NCBI GenBank assembly: GCA_036676455.1
Contig: JAKFCW010000047.1
Span: 69,203 to 101,202, forward strand
Length of the DNA stretch: 32,000 nt
Direction of reading: 5' to 3'
Origin: Candidatus Sericytochromatia bacterium
Lineage (GTDB): Bacteria > Cyanobacteriota > Sericytochromatia > S15B-MN24 > UBA4093
How positions within the stretch are numbered: the stretch's first letter is position 1; every line of letters starts with the position of its first letter. The translations under genes were made by a program, and so were the position numbers. The notes beneath the pieces are model-generated. The model did no database searches. It saw only the letters and a program-made list of their open reading frames with translations, and was not told where the DNA came from. Shown one piece after another: positions 16,002 to 24,389 of the stretch.

Positions 16002-17173
16002 GGGGTGGATTGGCCATCCGTTGGCACGATGAAAGGAATCAGGGCTGTGCGCCCAAACGCGTTCGCGCCACCATACGACCCGGATCCCTCCCAGTACTTG
16101 AGCACGTAGTAACGAGTCCCCGGATGGACCGTTTCGTCGAGCGTGAACGAGACCCGGGTCGTCATGGTCTCGGGGTCATGGGCCGAAGTCTCGTAACGCT
16201 GCAAGGGGACCAGACTCGAATTCGACTCCCTGACCGCGGAATCATAGATCTCGATGGCGTACTTCGGATCCGTCAGCCCGGTCTTGGCCGGAAACTCGAA
16301 AGTCACCTCCCGGGACTCCAGCACCGAATTCATCGCGGGAGTGGCTGCCGAGAGATCCCAACTCAAATCGAATTCGACCTCCGGGACCTCCGTTTGCGTC
16401 GCCGAAACCTGGACGGGCTCGGAGATGGCAAACTGGGGTCGGCGAGGCATGGCCGTGGCCACTGAGATCGTGCCCTCGAAGCCGGAATAGCCGGAGTAAG
16501 TGGGATACGAGCTGTGGTATCCCAGGTGGTAGGCCCCATCGCTCAGGTTGAAAAAGTTTGCGGCCCCCGCCGGGGTCACCTGGGTCGATCCGTAACTGTA
16601 AAAGTAGAACGGCGTGACACCCTCGCGCCGGAACACGCCCATCGAGAGCTGCTCACCAGTGGCTTCTCCGCCGATCACGCGACCGTAAAGCTGACTGCCC
16701 AGGACGTTTTGATCCACCAATGGAGTCAAAGGGCTGTATGGCATCACCGTGCTCTTGCCGGGGGTGTCGAGCAGGATGTGAAGCGAGGCGTAGCTGCGCC
16801 GTCCAGGCATGAGCATGGCCATGGTGTAGCCGTACCCAACGACCTCTCCGGATGCGAGCATGGCGCTGACCTTGATCGAGGCTTCCCCGGAAGGCAACCC
16901 TGAGAGGTCGATATAGTTGCTCTCAGCTTTCGGCAGGGTGCGCGTCTCCGTCCGACCATCCTCGAGCGTCAACTCGACTTTCAACTCGGCAAGATCCTCG
17001 GCGATGACCTGAGCCTTCCTCCCGAAGTCGACGCTCATGCGCAACGATGCGCCCTGGTGCTGGGACGAAACCAATGAAGGCATGGCTGCCGGGGCGCAGC
17101 CAGTTAGCCAAAGCGATGCCGCCACTGCGAGGGCGAAGGCCCGGGACGTGTGGTTTATCGTCATGTCAATCAT
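15998..17173 (-). CDS. Hypothetical lipoprotein, Ig/fibronectin-like C-terminal region
   Basis: SD-like GGGGGAGGGG before ATG 17173; AFALAVAASLWLTGCAPAA lipobox; C-terminal VHPGTRYYVLKYWEGSGSYGGANAFGRTALIPF. Confidence 0.68.
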   Translation of the reverse strand: MIDMTINHTSRAFALAVAASLWLTGCAPAAMPSLVSSQHQGASLRMSVDFGRKAQVIAEDLAELKVELTLEDGRTETRTLPKAESNYIDLSGLPSGEASIKVSAMLASGEVVGYGYTMAMLMPGRRSYASLHILLDTPGKSTVMPYSPLTPLVDQNVLGSQLYGRVIGGEATGEQLSMGVFRREGVTPFYFYSYGSTQVTPAGAANFFNLSDGAYHLGYHSSYPTYSGYSGFEGTISVATAMPRRPQFAISEPVQVSATQTEVPEVEFDLSWDLSAATPAMNSVLESREVTFEFPAKTGLTDPKYAIEIYDSAVRESNSSLVPLQRYETSAHDPETMTTRVSFTLDETVHPGTRYYVLKYWEGSGSYGGANAFGRTALIPFIVPTDGQSTP

Positions 17174-18074
17174 TCGCGACCACCCCTCCCCCTTCAAATA
17201 CGACCCCTTCCCGCATCAACGTCGAAACCACTCCGTTCTCGTCGCTGATGACTTCCTTGAGAAGGCCTTCCGATGCCCCGTACCAGCGATCCACGGTCAC
17301 CTCTGTCCATGTCTGCGCGTCGCCGGGATACTGGTTTGTCCAGCGATAATGGCGGACCTTGGTGCTCGGCGCTAGCAACTCGGAGTCCACGTAAACCGCG
17401 TGAGTCGGGATGGCGGTCCAGGAATCCGTCGGGTAAGATTCCGACACTCCTGCTCCAATTCGACGATAAACCGTCGAATACTGCACCTGAAAGGTCACCG
17501 CGACCCGCTGGGAGTCACGCGTAAGCCAGAAGAGCAATTGCTGCTGGTTCGGATAATACGCGGCAAAATCCGAATCGAATCCGTCTGCATGGCTCAGACG
17601 GCGGTAATCAAGCAGGCGTTGCCCAAAGCTGACACCAAGATCGAGTGCCGGCTTACCCCCGTGGAGTAGGCTGAAACTGACAGGTGTCTCCTCGCCCGGC
17701 AAGAGGACGACGGCCATTTGCTGCCTATCGTGCATCGCGTGGGTCTCGGCGTCGCGCGCCGTCACGGTTACCGTGACGGGACCGGGCACGAGATTCGCGA
17801 TTACAGTCGGTTCGTCGAGTTGAAGGACCCGGGGTTCAACCACGACATTGCGATACTCCCAGCCCGAGTACGCAACTTCGAGGAGCACCTCGATGCCTGC
17901 GGTGCTCTGGAGCTGGCGAGGCACAGAGACAATCGCTCTCATGCGACTCGTCTCGGCACTGGCGATCTCGGTCGCAGGTTGCAGAGTCGTCCCCGTCGTG
18001 GTCACGCCCTCGCAGCCCAGAAGGAACATGGTGGGCAGGGCCAAGAGCAGACCCCATCGATTCATCTTGCGCAT
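17166..18074 (-). CDS. Hypothetical lipoprotein
   Basis: MRKMNRWGLLLALPTMFLLGCEGV lipobox; beta-rich IVSVPRQLQSTAGIEVLLEVAYSG; C-terminal DRWYGASEGLLKEVI. Start at 18074 rather than the track start at 18116. Confidence 0.68.
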   Translation of the reverse strand: MRKMNRWGLLLALPTMFLLGCEGVTTTGTTLQPATEIASAETSRMRAIVSVPRQLQSTAGIEVLLEVAYSGWEYRNVVVEPRVLQLDEPTVIANLVPGPVTVTVTARDAETHAMHDRQQMAVVLLPGEETPVSFSLLHGGKPALDLGVSFGQRLLDYRRLSHADGFDSDFAAYYPNQQQLLFWLTRDSQRVAVTFQVQYSTVYRRIGAGVSESYPTDSWTAIPTHAVYVDSELLAPSTKVRHYRWTNQYPGDAQTWTEVTVDRWYGASEGLLKEVISDENGVVSTLMREGVVFEGGGVVAND

Positions 18075-18078
18075 TACC

Positions 18079-19566
18079 CTACCCTTCCTCGGACGGTGCG
18101 GCCGGCGTGAAGTCAATCAACTCGTAGGTGGTCACCTGGCGCTGGCGAGGGAGGGGGTCCCGTTTGCCTTCGTGGGAATAGTGGTATCCACCGACGCGAG
18201 TCTCCACGGAGCGCACGACGCCCACGCCCTCGACCAGCCAAACCTCACGGGTGACTCCGGATTCGGGGCTGGTGAAATAGTGCTTCGCCAGTCGTTGACC
18301 GAGGGCCGGAACGTTGAGCGTCACCTCAGGCAAGGTCTGGATGCCGTTAGTGGAACTCAAGCGAAAGATCGGACTCAGCTCGGAAGCGGACCCGTTCGCC
18401 AAGTCGAACGCCCGCAAGGTCGAGTAGCTGTAGGACTCATATTGCCCGCGCCCGTCGTCATCGAGCATCTCCACCCGCATCGTGCGGCTCCAGGACGACG
18501 TGCCCCCTCCCTGAGACTGCGGATAAGTGTAAGTTGTGCTCACAAGGTAGTTCCAGCGCGTACCGGCGGCCAGGGGGAGTGCCTCGAAAGGCGGCTTCCA
18601 AAGGTCCTGCCCCACCCAGCGAGTGGGGTTCTGGGGTGGGGCATCCGGAACCTCGATGAGTTCCACGTCTAGCGAGGCGGTGGCCTGCGTGGGCATCGAG
18701 AAGTCGATACTACGTGACGTGACGCCGTCCACCATGACCATGAACTTCGGCTGGAGCTTGTCGGGCTTGGTGAAGTAATCGGCAAAACCGGAGAGCAGGT
18801 CATGGGGGACCGTCAGGGTGAGTTGCGTGTCGGAATCGACGGTGACGGCGGTTTCCGGAAGCGACCTGCGCATCATTCCAAACCCTCCTGATGGCACTGG
18901 CATCGGGAAGATGAGGTTTGAATAAGGCAGGTACTGGTAATTCAGCCCCACGTAAGCCAGGGTTTTCCAGTTCTTGGACTTGCCAAAGCCAGAGCCGGCG
19001 ACGATGATCCGGTCTCCAACCCGCCAGTCGCTCTTGGACAGCGAGGTGATCACCGGCGCGTCAACGGCCACGAGCTCCATGCCGACCGTCGCGAAGAGGC
19101 CAGGCACGACGTCGATGCGCTTCTCGTCCGAAGCCACGACCTGATTCTGAGCGTCACGAACTTCTGCCTGAATGAGCAGATCCGCCTGGACCGGAAGGTC
19201 CCATCTCAAGGAACCGTAAGTGTTGAACCCGGCGGGGTAAGGGCCGTAGTAATAGGGATCCGCCTGGCGGTAGATCTCCACGGGGGCGATCGCCTTTCCC
19301 GACGAATCAATCGCCTGCGATCCATCCGCGCGCGTCAGCGTAACGACCGCCTTGATCGCCCGGTTGGGAATCGCCTGGAGGGAGGAACCGGAATCCGGCC
19401 AGCGAATGCCCAGCCCCAGGCCGCCGACTCCAGCCTGTGTGTGCGCCTCCGTTTGCCCCGTGCCGATCGCATTCGAGGTCCACTGAGTGCCAACAGGAAC
19501 CGTGCAACCCAACAGGGCTGAAACGAGGCCGAAGGCGATCCACGTCTTGAAATCTCGCTGTCTCAT
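18079..19566 (-). CDS. Hypothetical lipoprotein with IPT/TIG-like domain
   Basis: MRQRDFKTWIAFGLVSALLGCTVP lipobox; IPT/TIG-like PVITSLSKSDWRVGDRIIVAGSGFGKS...LTLTVPHDL; C-terminal EVWLVEGVGVVRSVE. Confidence 0.7.
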   Translation of the reverse strand: MRQRDFKTWIAFGLVSALLGCTVPVGTQWTSNAIGTGQTEAHTQAGVGGLGLGIRWPDSGSSLQAIPNRAIKAVVTLTRADGSQAIDSSGKAIAPVEIYRQADPYYYGPYPAGFNTYGSLRWDLPVQADLLIQAEVRDAQNQVVASDEKRIDVVPGLFATVGMELVAVDAPVITSLSKSDWRVGDRIIVAGSGFGKSKNWKTLAYVGLNYQYLPYSNLIFPMPVPSGGFGMMRRSLPETAVTVDSDTQLTLTVPHDLLSGFADYFTKPDKLQPKFMVMVDGVTSRSIDFSMPTQATASLDVELIEVPDAPPQNPTRWVGQDLWKPPFEALPLAAGTRWNYLVSTTYTYPQSQGGGTSSWSRTMRVEMLDDDGRGQYESYSYSTLRAFDLANGSASELSPIFRLSSTNGIQTLPEVTLNVPALGQRLAKHYFTSPESGVTREVWLVEGVGVVRSVETRVGGYHYSHEGKRDPLPRQRQVTTYELIDFTPAAPSEEG

Positions 19567-19576
19567 GCTTCGTCCC

Positions 19577-21301
19577 CTAGTAGATGTAGACATTCAAGCC
19601 ACCACTGGTCCTGTTCGTGAAGAGGCCAGGAGTCAGGTGGATGCGGGTTCCAGGCGTACCGCCCGCGCCGTCCATCAGGACCAGGTAGGGCCACGTCTCG
19701 TTCTTGGAAACATTCAGGCCGCCCCGTTCATCGAAGGGAGCGTCGTAATCGATCCGTCCGATCACGGTCCTGCTGGGGATGTCAACGAAGCGTGCCTCGA
19801 CGACGAGTCGCAGCGGCTCGGAATCCAGCGTCACCGTTCCTTCGAGGCGAAGATTCTCCATTTCGTCATCGAGCACGAAACTCAGGACGCCTCCCGTGAT
19901 CATCGAGCGCTCGCCCACCTTCTCGATCCGCACCGAGGCGTCGGCTTTGGCGAGGAATACCGAGCGAACTCCCGCCTTGTCGCGAGGCGCGAGGCGAAGC
20001 GTGACGCTTCCGCTCGTGAAATCGGGATTCAAAGCAGCGGACAACGCAGCATGTAACGAAGGGAATTCCAGGCTTGCCTCACCCTTGGTGGGAAAGCGGG
20101 TCAATGAATTTACTGCGACGCCATAATAAGCGTATGGGAAGTAAACGTACCCGTTCGGATTGGCGTCCCGAATCGCGGCGAGCAGCGGGGACGTCGCTGT
20201 TTCCCTAACCTCATTGAGTTCTAGGGCCGCCTTGAAGCGACTCGCCACCTGCCCCTGCGGAACGATTTCACCGCTGAGACGCAGCGCGCTGATGGTTTCA
20301 GGAACCGGGCGTTCCCCTCCAAAAAGGTCGAAGGCCCGAGCGCCCGTGGTTTCCGATTGCGGATTGACGCCCGCAAACGAGCCCCGCAGTTGTGGCTCTG
20401 CCACCCAGGAGGATGTCACATCCGCCGACAGGGTCGCCCTGGTCTGATCACCACTCGGGGAACTCGGATTCAAGGCGAGATCGAGGCGTCGCTGCAAGGG
20501 GCCAGACGTGAAGGCCTGGGAAATCTGATAGCCAGGCCAGAATGCTTTGAGGATCGCGCGATCGCGCAGCTCCAGGCCAAGTATGGATTGGCCCGGCAGG
20601 TGCCAGGTCTCAACTGTACCAGGGGCGCCCTCGATGAGCGTGCCGTTCGCGCCAAGGCTCATGGCATGGAAGAGGTGTTGGCCGTTCGAATTAAACGAAT
20701 CCACCACCTGGCGAACGGCAGCTTCCATGGTCAGCACCTCGGGGAAAGTCCGAGGGTTCACCCAGTTATCGAAACGATCGGCGTAATGATAGAGGTCTTT
20801 CAGGAGGGTGATCTGACGAGAGATCCGGATCGTCAGTGAGGCCTCGTTGTCCAGGGTGATGACGACGCCCGTCGACGTGTTGTCACGAATCGGCACGTCC
20901 GCTTGCCCGCCTTGGGCTAGGATCTTGCCGCCCCCCCGGACAACGACCTCCACGTTCACCGTTTCGTGAGCGGGCGAGATCTGGAAAGAAAAGGTGGAGA
21001 CAGGCGATTCCCCGGCAGGGCGATCGATCGTCTTGCTGACCAGGAGCTGATTGGACTTCGAACGGACCGAGACTTCGATGGTTTCGGCTTCGAGCGGAAT
21101 GGCCTGGGTCGCGAGGGGACGCGCGGGCCACTGGATGCGCATGACCAGGTTGCCTTGGTGGGCAGGTTGCTCCATGGCGTCCAGCCCCGCGTCCCCGGAG
21201 GAAACCTTGGGCGTGTCGGCGACGTTGGGCACTCCCACCGTACAACCCACGAGTCCGATGGCGACGACGAGGCCCCAGCGGGCGATGACTTTCGACTTCA
21301 C
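19577..21301 (-). CDS. Large hypothetical lipoprotein
   Basis: MKSKVIARWGLVVAIGLVGCTVGVP lipobox; N-terminal MRIQWPARPLATQAIPLEAETIEVSVRSKSN; long beta-rich body. Confidence 0.7.
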   Translation of the reverse strand: MKSKVIARWGLVVAIGLVGCTVGVPNVADTPKVSSGDAGLDAMEQPAHQGNLVMRIQWPARPLATQAIPLEAETIEVSVRSKSNQLLVSKTIDRPAGESPVSTFSFQISPAHETVNVEVVVRGGGKILAQGGQADVPIRDNTSTGVVITLDNEASLTIRISRQITLLKDLYHYADRFDNWVNPRTFPEVLTMEAAVRQVVDSFNSNGQHLFHAMSLGANGTLIEGAPGTVETWHLPGQSILGLELRDRAILKAFWPGYQISQAFTSGPLQRRLDLALNPSSPSGDQTRATLSADVTSSWVAEPQLRGSFAGVNPQSETTGARAFDLFGGERPVPETISALRLSGEIVPQGQVASRFKAALELNEVRETATSPLLAAIRDANPNGYVYFPYAYYGVAVNSLTRFPTKGEASLEFPSLHAALSAALNPDFTSGSVTLRLAPRDKAGVRSVFLAKADASVRIEKVGERSMITGGVLSFVLDDEMENLRLEGTVTLDSEPLRLVVEARFVDIPSRTVIGRIDYDAPFDERGGLNVSKNETWPYLVLMDGAGGTPGTRIHLTPGLFTNRTSGGLNVYIY

Positions 21302-21315
21302 GGCTGTTACCTCGG

Positions 21316-22863
21316 CTACTTGACGTCGATCGCGATCGCCGCGTCCCGGCGAACCGGAATCGGGATCTCGAGCGTGATGGGAGGCTGGGTCTTGGTCGAG
21401 AGCTCCACGCTGGCGGTTCCTTCCGCGCTACCGGGTTTGACGCTCACTCGTCCCCAGGCGTCAACCAGGACCATGTGGGGAGTCCCGCTCCGCCATTCCA
21501 ATAGGCTGGCATCCTCGGGAGAGTGGGTGATCGCCCGATCGTTCCACGTCAGCTCCCAGGCGAGTTGCAAGTCGGTCGGATGGCCCAAGTTATTGTCACC
21601 GAGCGAGGAACCATCGGCGGGAACGTAGAGGGCCGGCGTCTGCGAGGGGACCTTCAACTTACCCGAGAGGATGCGGCGCGGAGTCTCGACGATGCGCATG
21701 GTCAGATCGGCGTACTTGTCGGCATTCGCGAGCGCGGTGGCTCGGATCGTGACGTCTCCGGGGGCCGCTCCGGAGAGCAGGCTGATACGGCCACCCTCGA
21801 GGGAGACTTTGCCGGCCTGGGCCCCGGAGACGATCGACCAATCGGCTATCGGCAGCTCGGTGCCGTCCGTGAGCACCGTGAGTGCCCGGACGAGGTGCGT
21901 CTGGGGGTAGGCGGGATCGGTCGCGCCGTTATCGAAGGGAAGGTAGACCTTTTCGGGTGCCGGAAGCAGTTCGAAACGCTGGATGGTGGTCGGGGGCTTG
22001 GAAACCACAGGGGCCACCACGGGCGGAGCCGGTGGAGTGGCAGGCGGATTGGCGGAGGGAACACCGCCCTCCTCCAGGCTATTCGTGGGATCGACGCTGC
22101 CTTGCGCTTCGGAGAGGGCATCGATGGGATCGGGCAAGGCAGCCAGAGCGGGATCCAGTTGCTTGACGAGCGACAAGGCCTGCATGGCCTTGCCCACCGC
22201 CTCGGGATCGGTGGTGTCGGTGTCCATGACCACCGCGGTGAAGGCCTCGGGCTTGGCCTTGAGCACCTCGAGCGTGCTCTTCACGGCCGCCTGGACCTTT
22301 GCCATGTCGAGGGTCGGCAGCGAGGCCTGGTCACGGCCCTTGGTGATGGACTCGGCGACCAGGGTGCTGGCGAAATCAAGAGGTTGAGTCGGAGGATTGG
22401 CCTTGTCCTTCTCGGTGACCTTGGCGAACGTACGGAACGTGCGGGGCACTCCCGCGGGGTCCTTGAAGGCGGCGACGATCGTGTAGACCTTGTTGATGTC
22501 CAGGCGCAGGATCACGCGTCCAGTGGCATCGGTGGTGCCGATGACCGTGAGGCCGCCAGTGGTGGGAATCGCCCGAACCTCGGCTCCAGGAACCGGGGTG
22601 TCGAAGGAAATGGCCGGATCGCTGAGCACGTGGAAGCCCGCAATCCGGAAAGCCGAGACCGACTTCAAGGCGGGAGCGAGAACCTGAATCGGAGTATCGA
22701 GCTTGAAGGCATCGGTCGGAACCGGCGCCGCCGGCCCCGCAGGCACGAGTTGGTGCCCGGGACACGCGCTCAAAAGCGCGCTCACCGTTCCGAGGCTGGC
22801 GACAAGCAGTCCGGCTCTCACGAGGCGGGCGAGCGGTCGCGAGGAGAAAGATGAGTTGAACAT
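21316..22863 (-). CDS. Hypothetical lipoprotein with Ig-like regions
   Basis: Start MFNSSFSS at 22863 with AGGAGA upstream; LLVASLGTVSALLSACPG lipobox; DGTELPIADWSIVSGAQAGKVSLEGGRISLLSGAAPGDVTIRATA and DAWGRVSVKPGSAEGTASVELST are bacterial Ig-like in pattern. Confidence 0.72.
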   Translation of the reverse strand: MFNSSFSSRPLARLVRAGLLVASLGTVSALLSACPGHQLVPAGPAAPVPTDAFKLDTPIQVLAPALKSVSAFRIAGFHVLSDPAISFDTPVPGAEVRAIPTTGGLTVIGTTDATGRVILRLDINKVYTIVAAFKDPAGVPRTFRTFAKVTEKDKANPPTQPLDFASTLVAESITKGRDQASLPTLDMAKVQAAVKSTLEVLKAKPEAFTAVVMDTDTTDPEAVGKAMQALSLVKQLDPALAALPDPIDALSEAQGSVDPTNSLEEGGVPSANPPATPPAPPVVAPVVSKPPTTIQRFELLPAPEKVYLPFDNGATDPAYPQTHLVRALTVLTDGTELPIADWSIVSGAQAGKVSLEGGRISLLSGAAPGDVTIRATALANADKYADLTMRIVETPRRILSGKLKVPSQTPALYVPADGSSLGDNNLGHPTDLQLAWELTWNDRAITHSPEDASLLEWRSGTPHMVLVDAWGRVSVKPGSAEGTASVELSTKTQPPITLEIPIPVRRDAAIAIDVK

Positions 22864-22916
22864 GGTGTCGCGCGGTCTCCTGCTACATCGAAATGCGATC
22901 AATTGCACGTCTTGCG

Positions 22917-22945
22917 AGCATAACGCATTGGAAATGACCGATCAA
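22917..22945 (-). promoter_or_regulatory. Candidate sigma70-type promoter for the 22863 gene
   Basis: Minus strand TTGATC (22945-22940), 17-nt spacer, TATGCT (22922-22917), roughly 50 nt upstream of ATG 22863. Confidence 0.4.
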
Positions 22946-23096
22946 TGTGCAAGCGTCTGCAAATCTAGCGAAAATCTGCTTACCTGGAAGATTTCCGCAA
23001 CAATTCGATGCATTCAGGCGACTTCTCGCCATTCCCGCGAAGGCAGCGACGCCGAAACATCGGAGCCGCTGGCCGGGGACGTATATGCGAAAGACG

Positions 23097-24389
23097 TTAG
23101 AACTTGAAGGTGTTGGAGAGCGTGTAAGAGGCGCCCCGGGCGTTGCCGCCCACGCCATTGAGGGCCGCCATGGCAAAGTCCAGGCGGAAGAGGGGCATGT
23201 CCAGCCCCAGGCCGGTGGCGAACGTCAGGCCACGATCTCCCCCCAGGGCGATACCCCCGCGGACCGGGAGCCAGTCGAGCAGGCGCAGCTCGGAGCCGAC
23301 CCGCAGTTCCGGCGTGCGCGAAACGCCGAAGCCATCGCCGTAGCCGAGTTGCAGCTCGCCGCTCAGCGTGAACGGATCCCAGGGCTTGAAGGCCGCTGCG
23401 AGGCGCAGGTAGGGCGGTAGGACGATCTCCGAGGGGCCTTCCTGAGTCCGGGATTCCTTGAGGGCATCGCGGGTGACGGCCCCGAAGTCGGTCACGGAGC
23501 CCGAGGCGTCCACGACCGAGAAAGGCTCCACCTTGAGGGTGTAGGTGGTGACGTCGCGCCGGCTCCAGCTCATGACCCCGACGTTGCCAAGGATGGCGCC
23601 CCAGCGCAGGCGATCGCCCACCCTCCCGGCAGCTCCGAAGTCGGCCGCGATGCCGTTCCCACCCGTGGCCCATTCGGTCGATAGCCGCGCGTCGGCCGAG
23701 TACCGGCCGGACTCATCAACGGCCAGCAGCGTCCCGCGGGCCTCGCGGACACGGCCGTAGGCCAGTCCCCGCAGGTAACGCAGGTTCATGCCCAGGCTCG
23801 ATGTCTCACCCATCGGAAAGGCGAACGAGGAGCCGAGAGAGGCGACTGCCGTCGCCGTTGCCCCGCCCAGCGCATCGATCCCGACGTTGGGGACGGAGGC
23901 GTTGCCGTTGAGCGCAAGGGCGATCAGGTCCCGAGGCAGATCGAGCCCCTTGGTGTCCGCCACCGCATCCAGGAAGACGCCCGTTCGCGCGCTCGGCATG
24001 GACAGGGCCATCGAGGTGCCTCCGTCGAACAGGAAGCGCCATCCGGTCGGCGGCAAGGCCTCGAGCACACCGGCGACGTTGGTGGGCTCGATCGCCTGGG
24101 TCGAGATCAAGCCGGCAAGCTCGCCGAAGGACAAGACGTTGTTCCCGAGGGCCAGGTTCAGGTTGGGCAGCAGCGTGAGCGAGAGGCGATCGCGACGCGA
24201 CTCGAGCCCCAGCAGGGCCGGGTTCACGATCATGGCGTCGGCGTCCATGGCGATCGCCGCGTTGGCCCCGGCCATACCCGCACTCCGGGCGTTGCCATAG
24301 GCGTACGCAGGGAGCGCGGGAGCAAGGCTCGTCAGCATGGCGGAGATAGCGGCCAGGGTGCCGCGCGACCGGAAACGGGAAAGGCTCAC
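23097..24389 (-). CDS. Outer-membrane beta-barrel protein, FadL/PorV/TraF-like
   Basis: Signal peptide ending PAYAYG; GNARSAGMAGANAAIAMDADAMIVNPALLGLESRRDRLSLTLLP signature, amphipathic strand pattern, C-terminal aromatic NTFKF. Confidence 0.7.
   Translation of the reverse strand: MSLSRFRSRGTLAAISAMLTSLAPALPAYAYGNARSAGMAGANAAIAMDADAMIVNPALLGLESRRDRLSLTLLPNLNLALGNNVLSFGELAGLISTQAIEPTNVAGVLEALPPTGWRFLFDGGTSMALSMPSARTGVFLDAVADTKGLDLPRDLIALALNGNASVPNVGIDALGGATATAVASLGSSFAFPMGETSSLGMNLRYLRGLAYGRVREARGTLLAVDESGRYSADARLSTEWATGGNGIAADFGAAGRVGDRLRWGAILGNVGVMSWSRRDVTTYTLKVEPFSVVDASGSVTDFGAVTRDALKESRTQEGPSEIVLPPYLRLAAAFKPWDPFTLSGELQLGYGDGFGVSRTPELRVGSELRLLDWLPVRGGIALGGDRGLTFATGLGLDMPLFRLDFAMAALNGVGGNARGASYTLSNTFKF

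Noticed and set aside
21523-22854. Plus-strand 443-aa ORF
   Set aside because: Antisense to the 21316-22863 lipoprotein gene, Arg/Gly-rich mirror composition, no domain.
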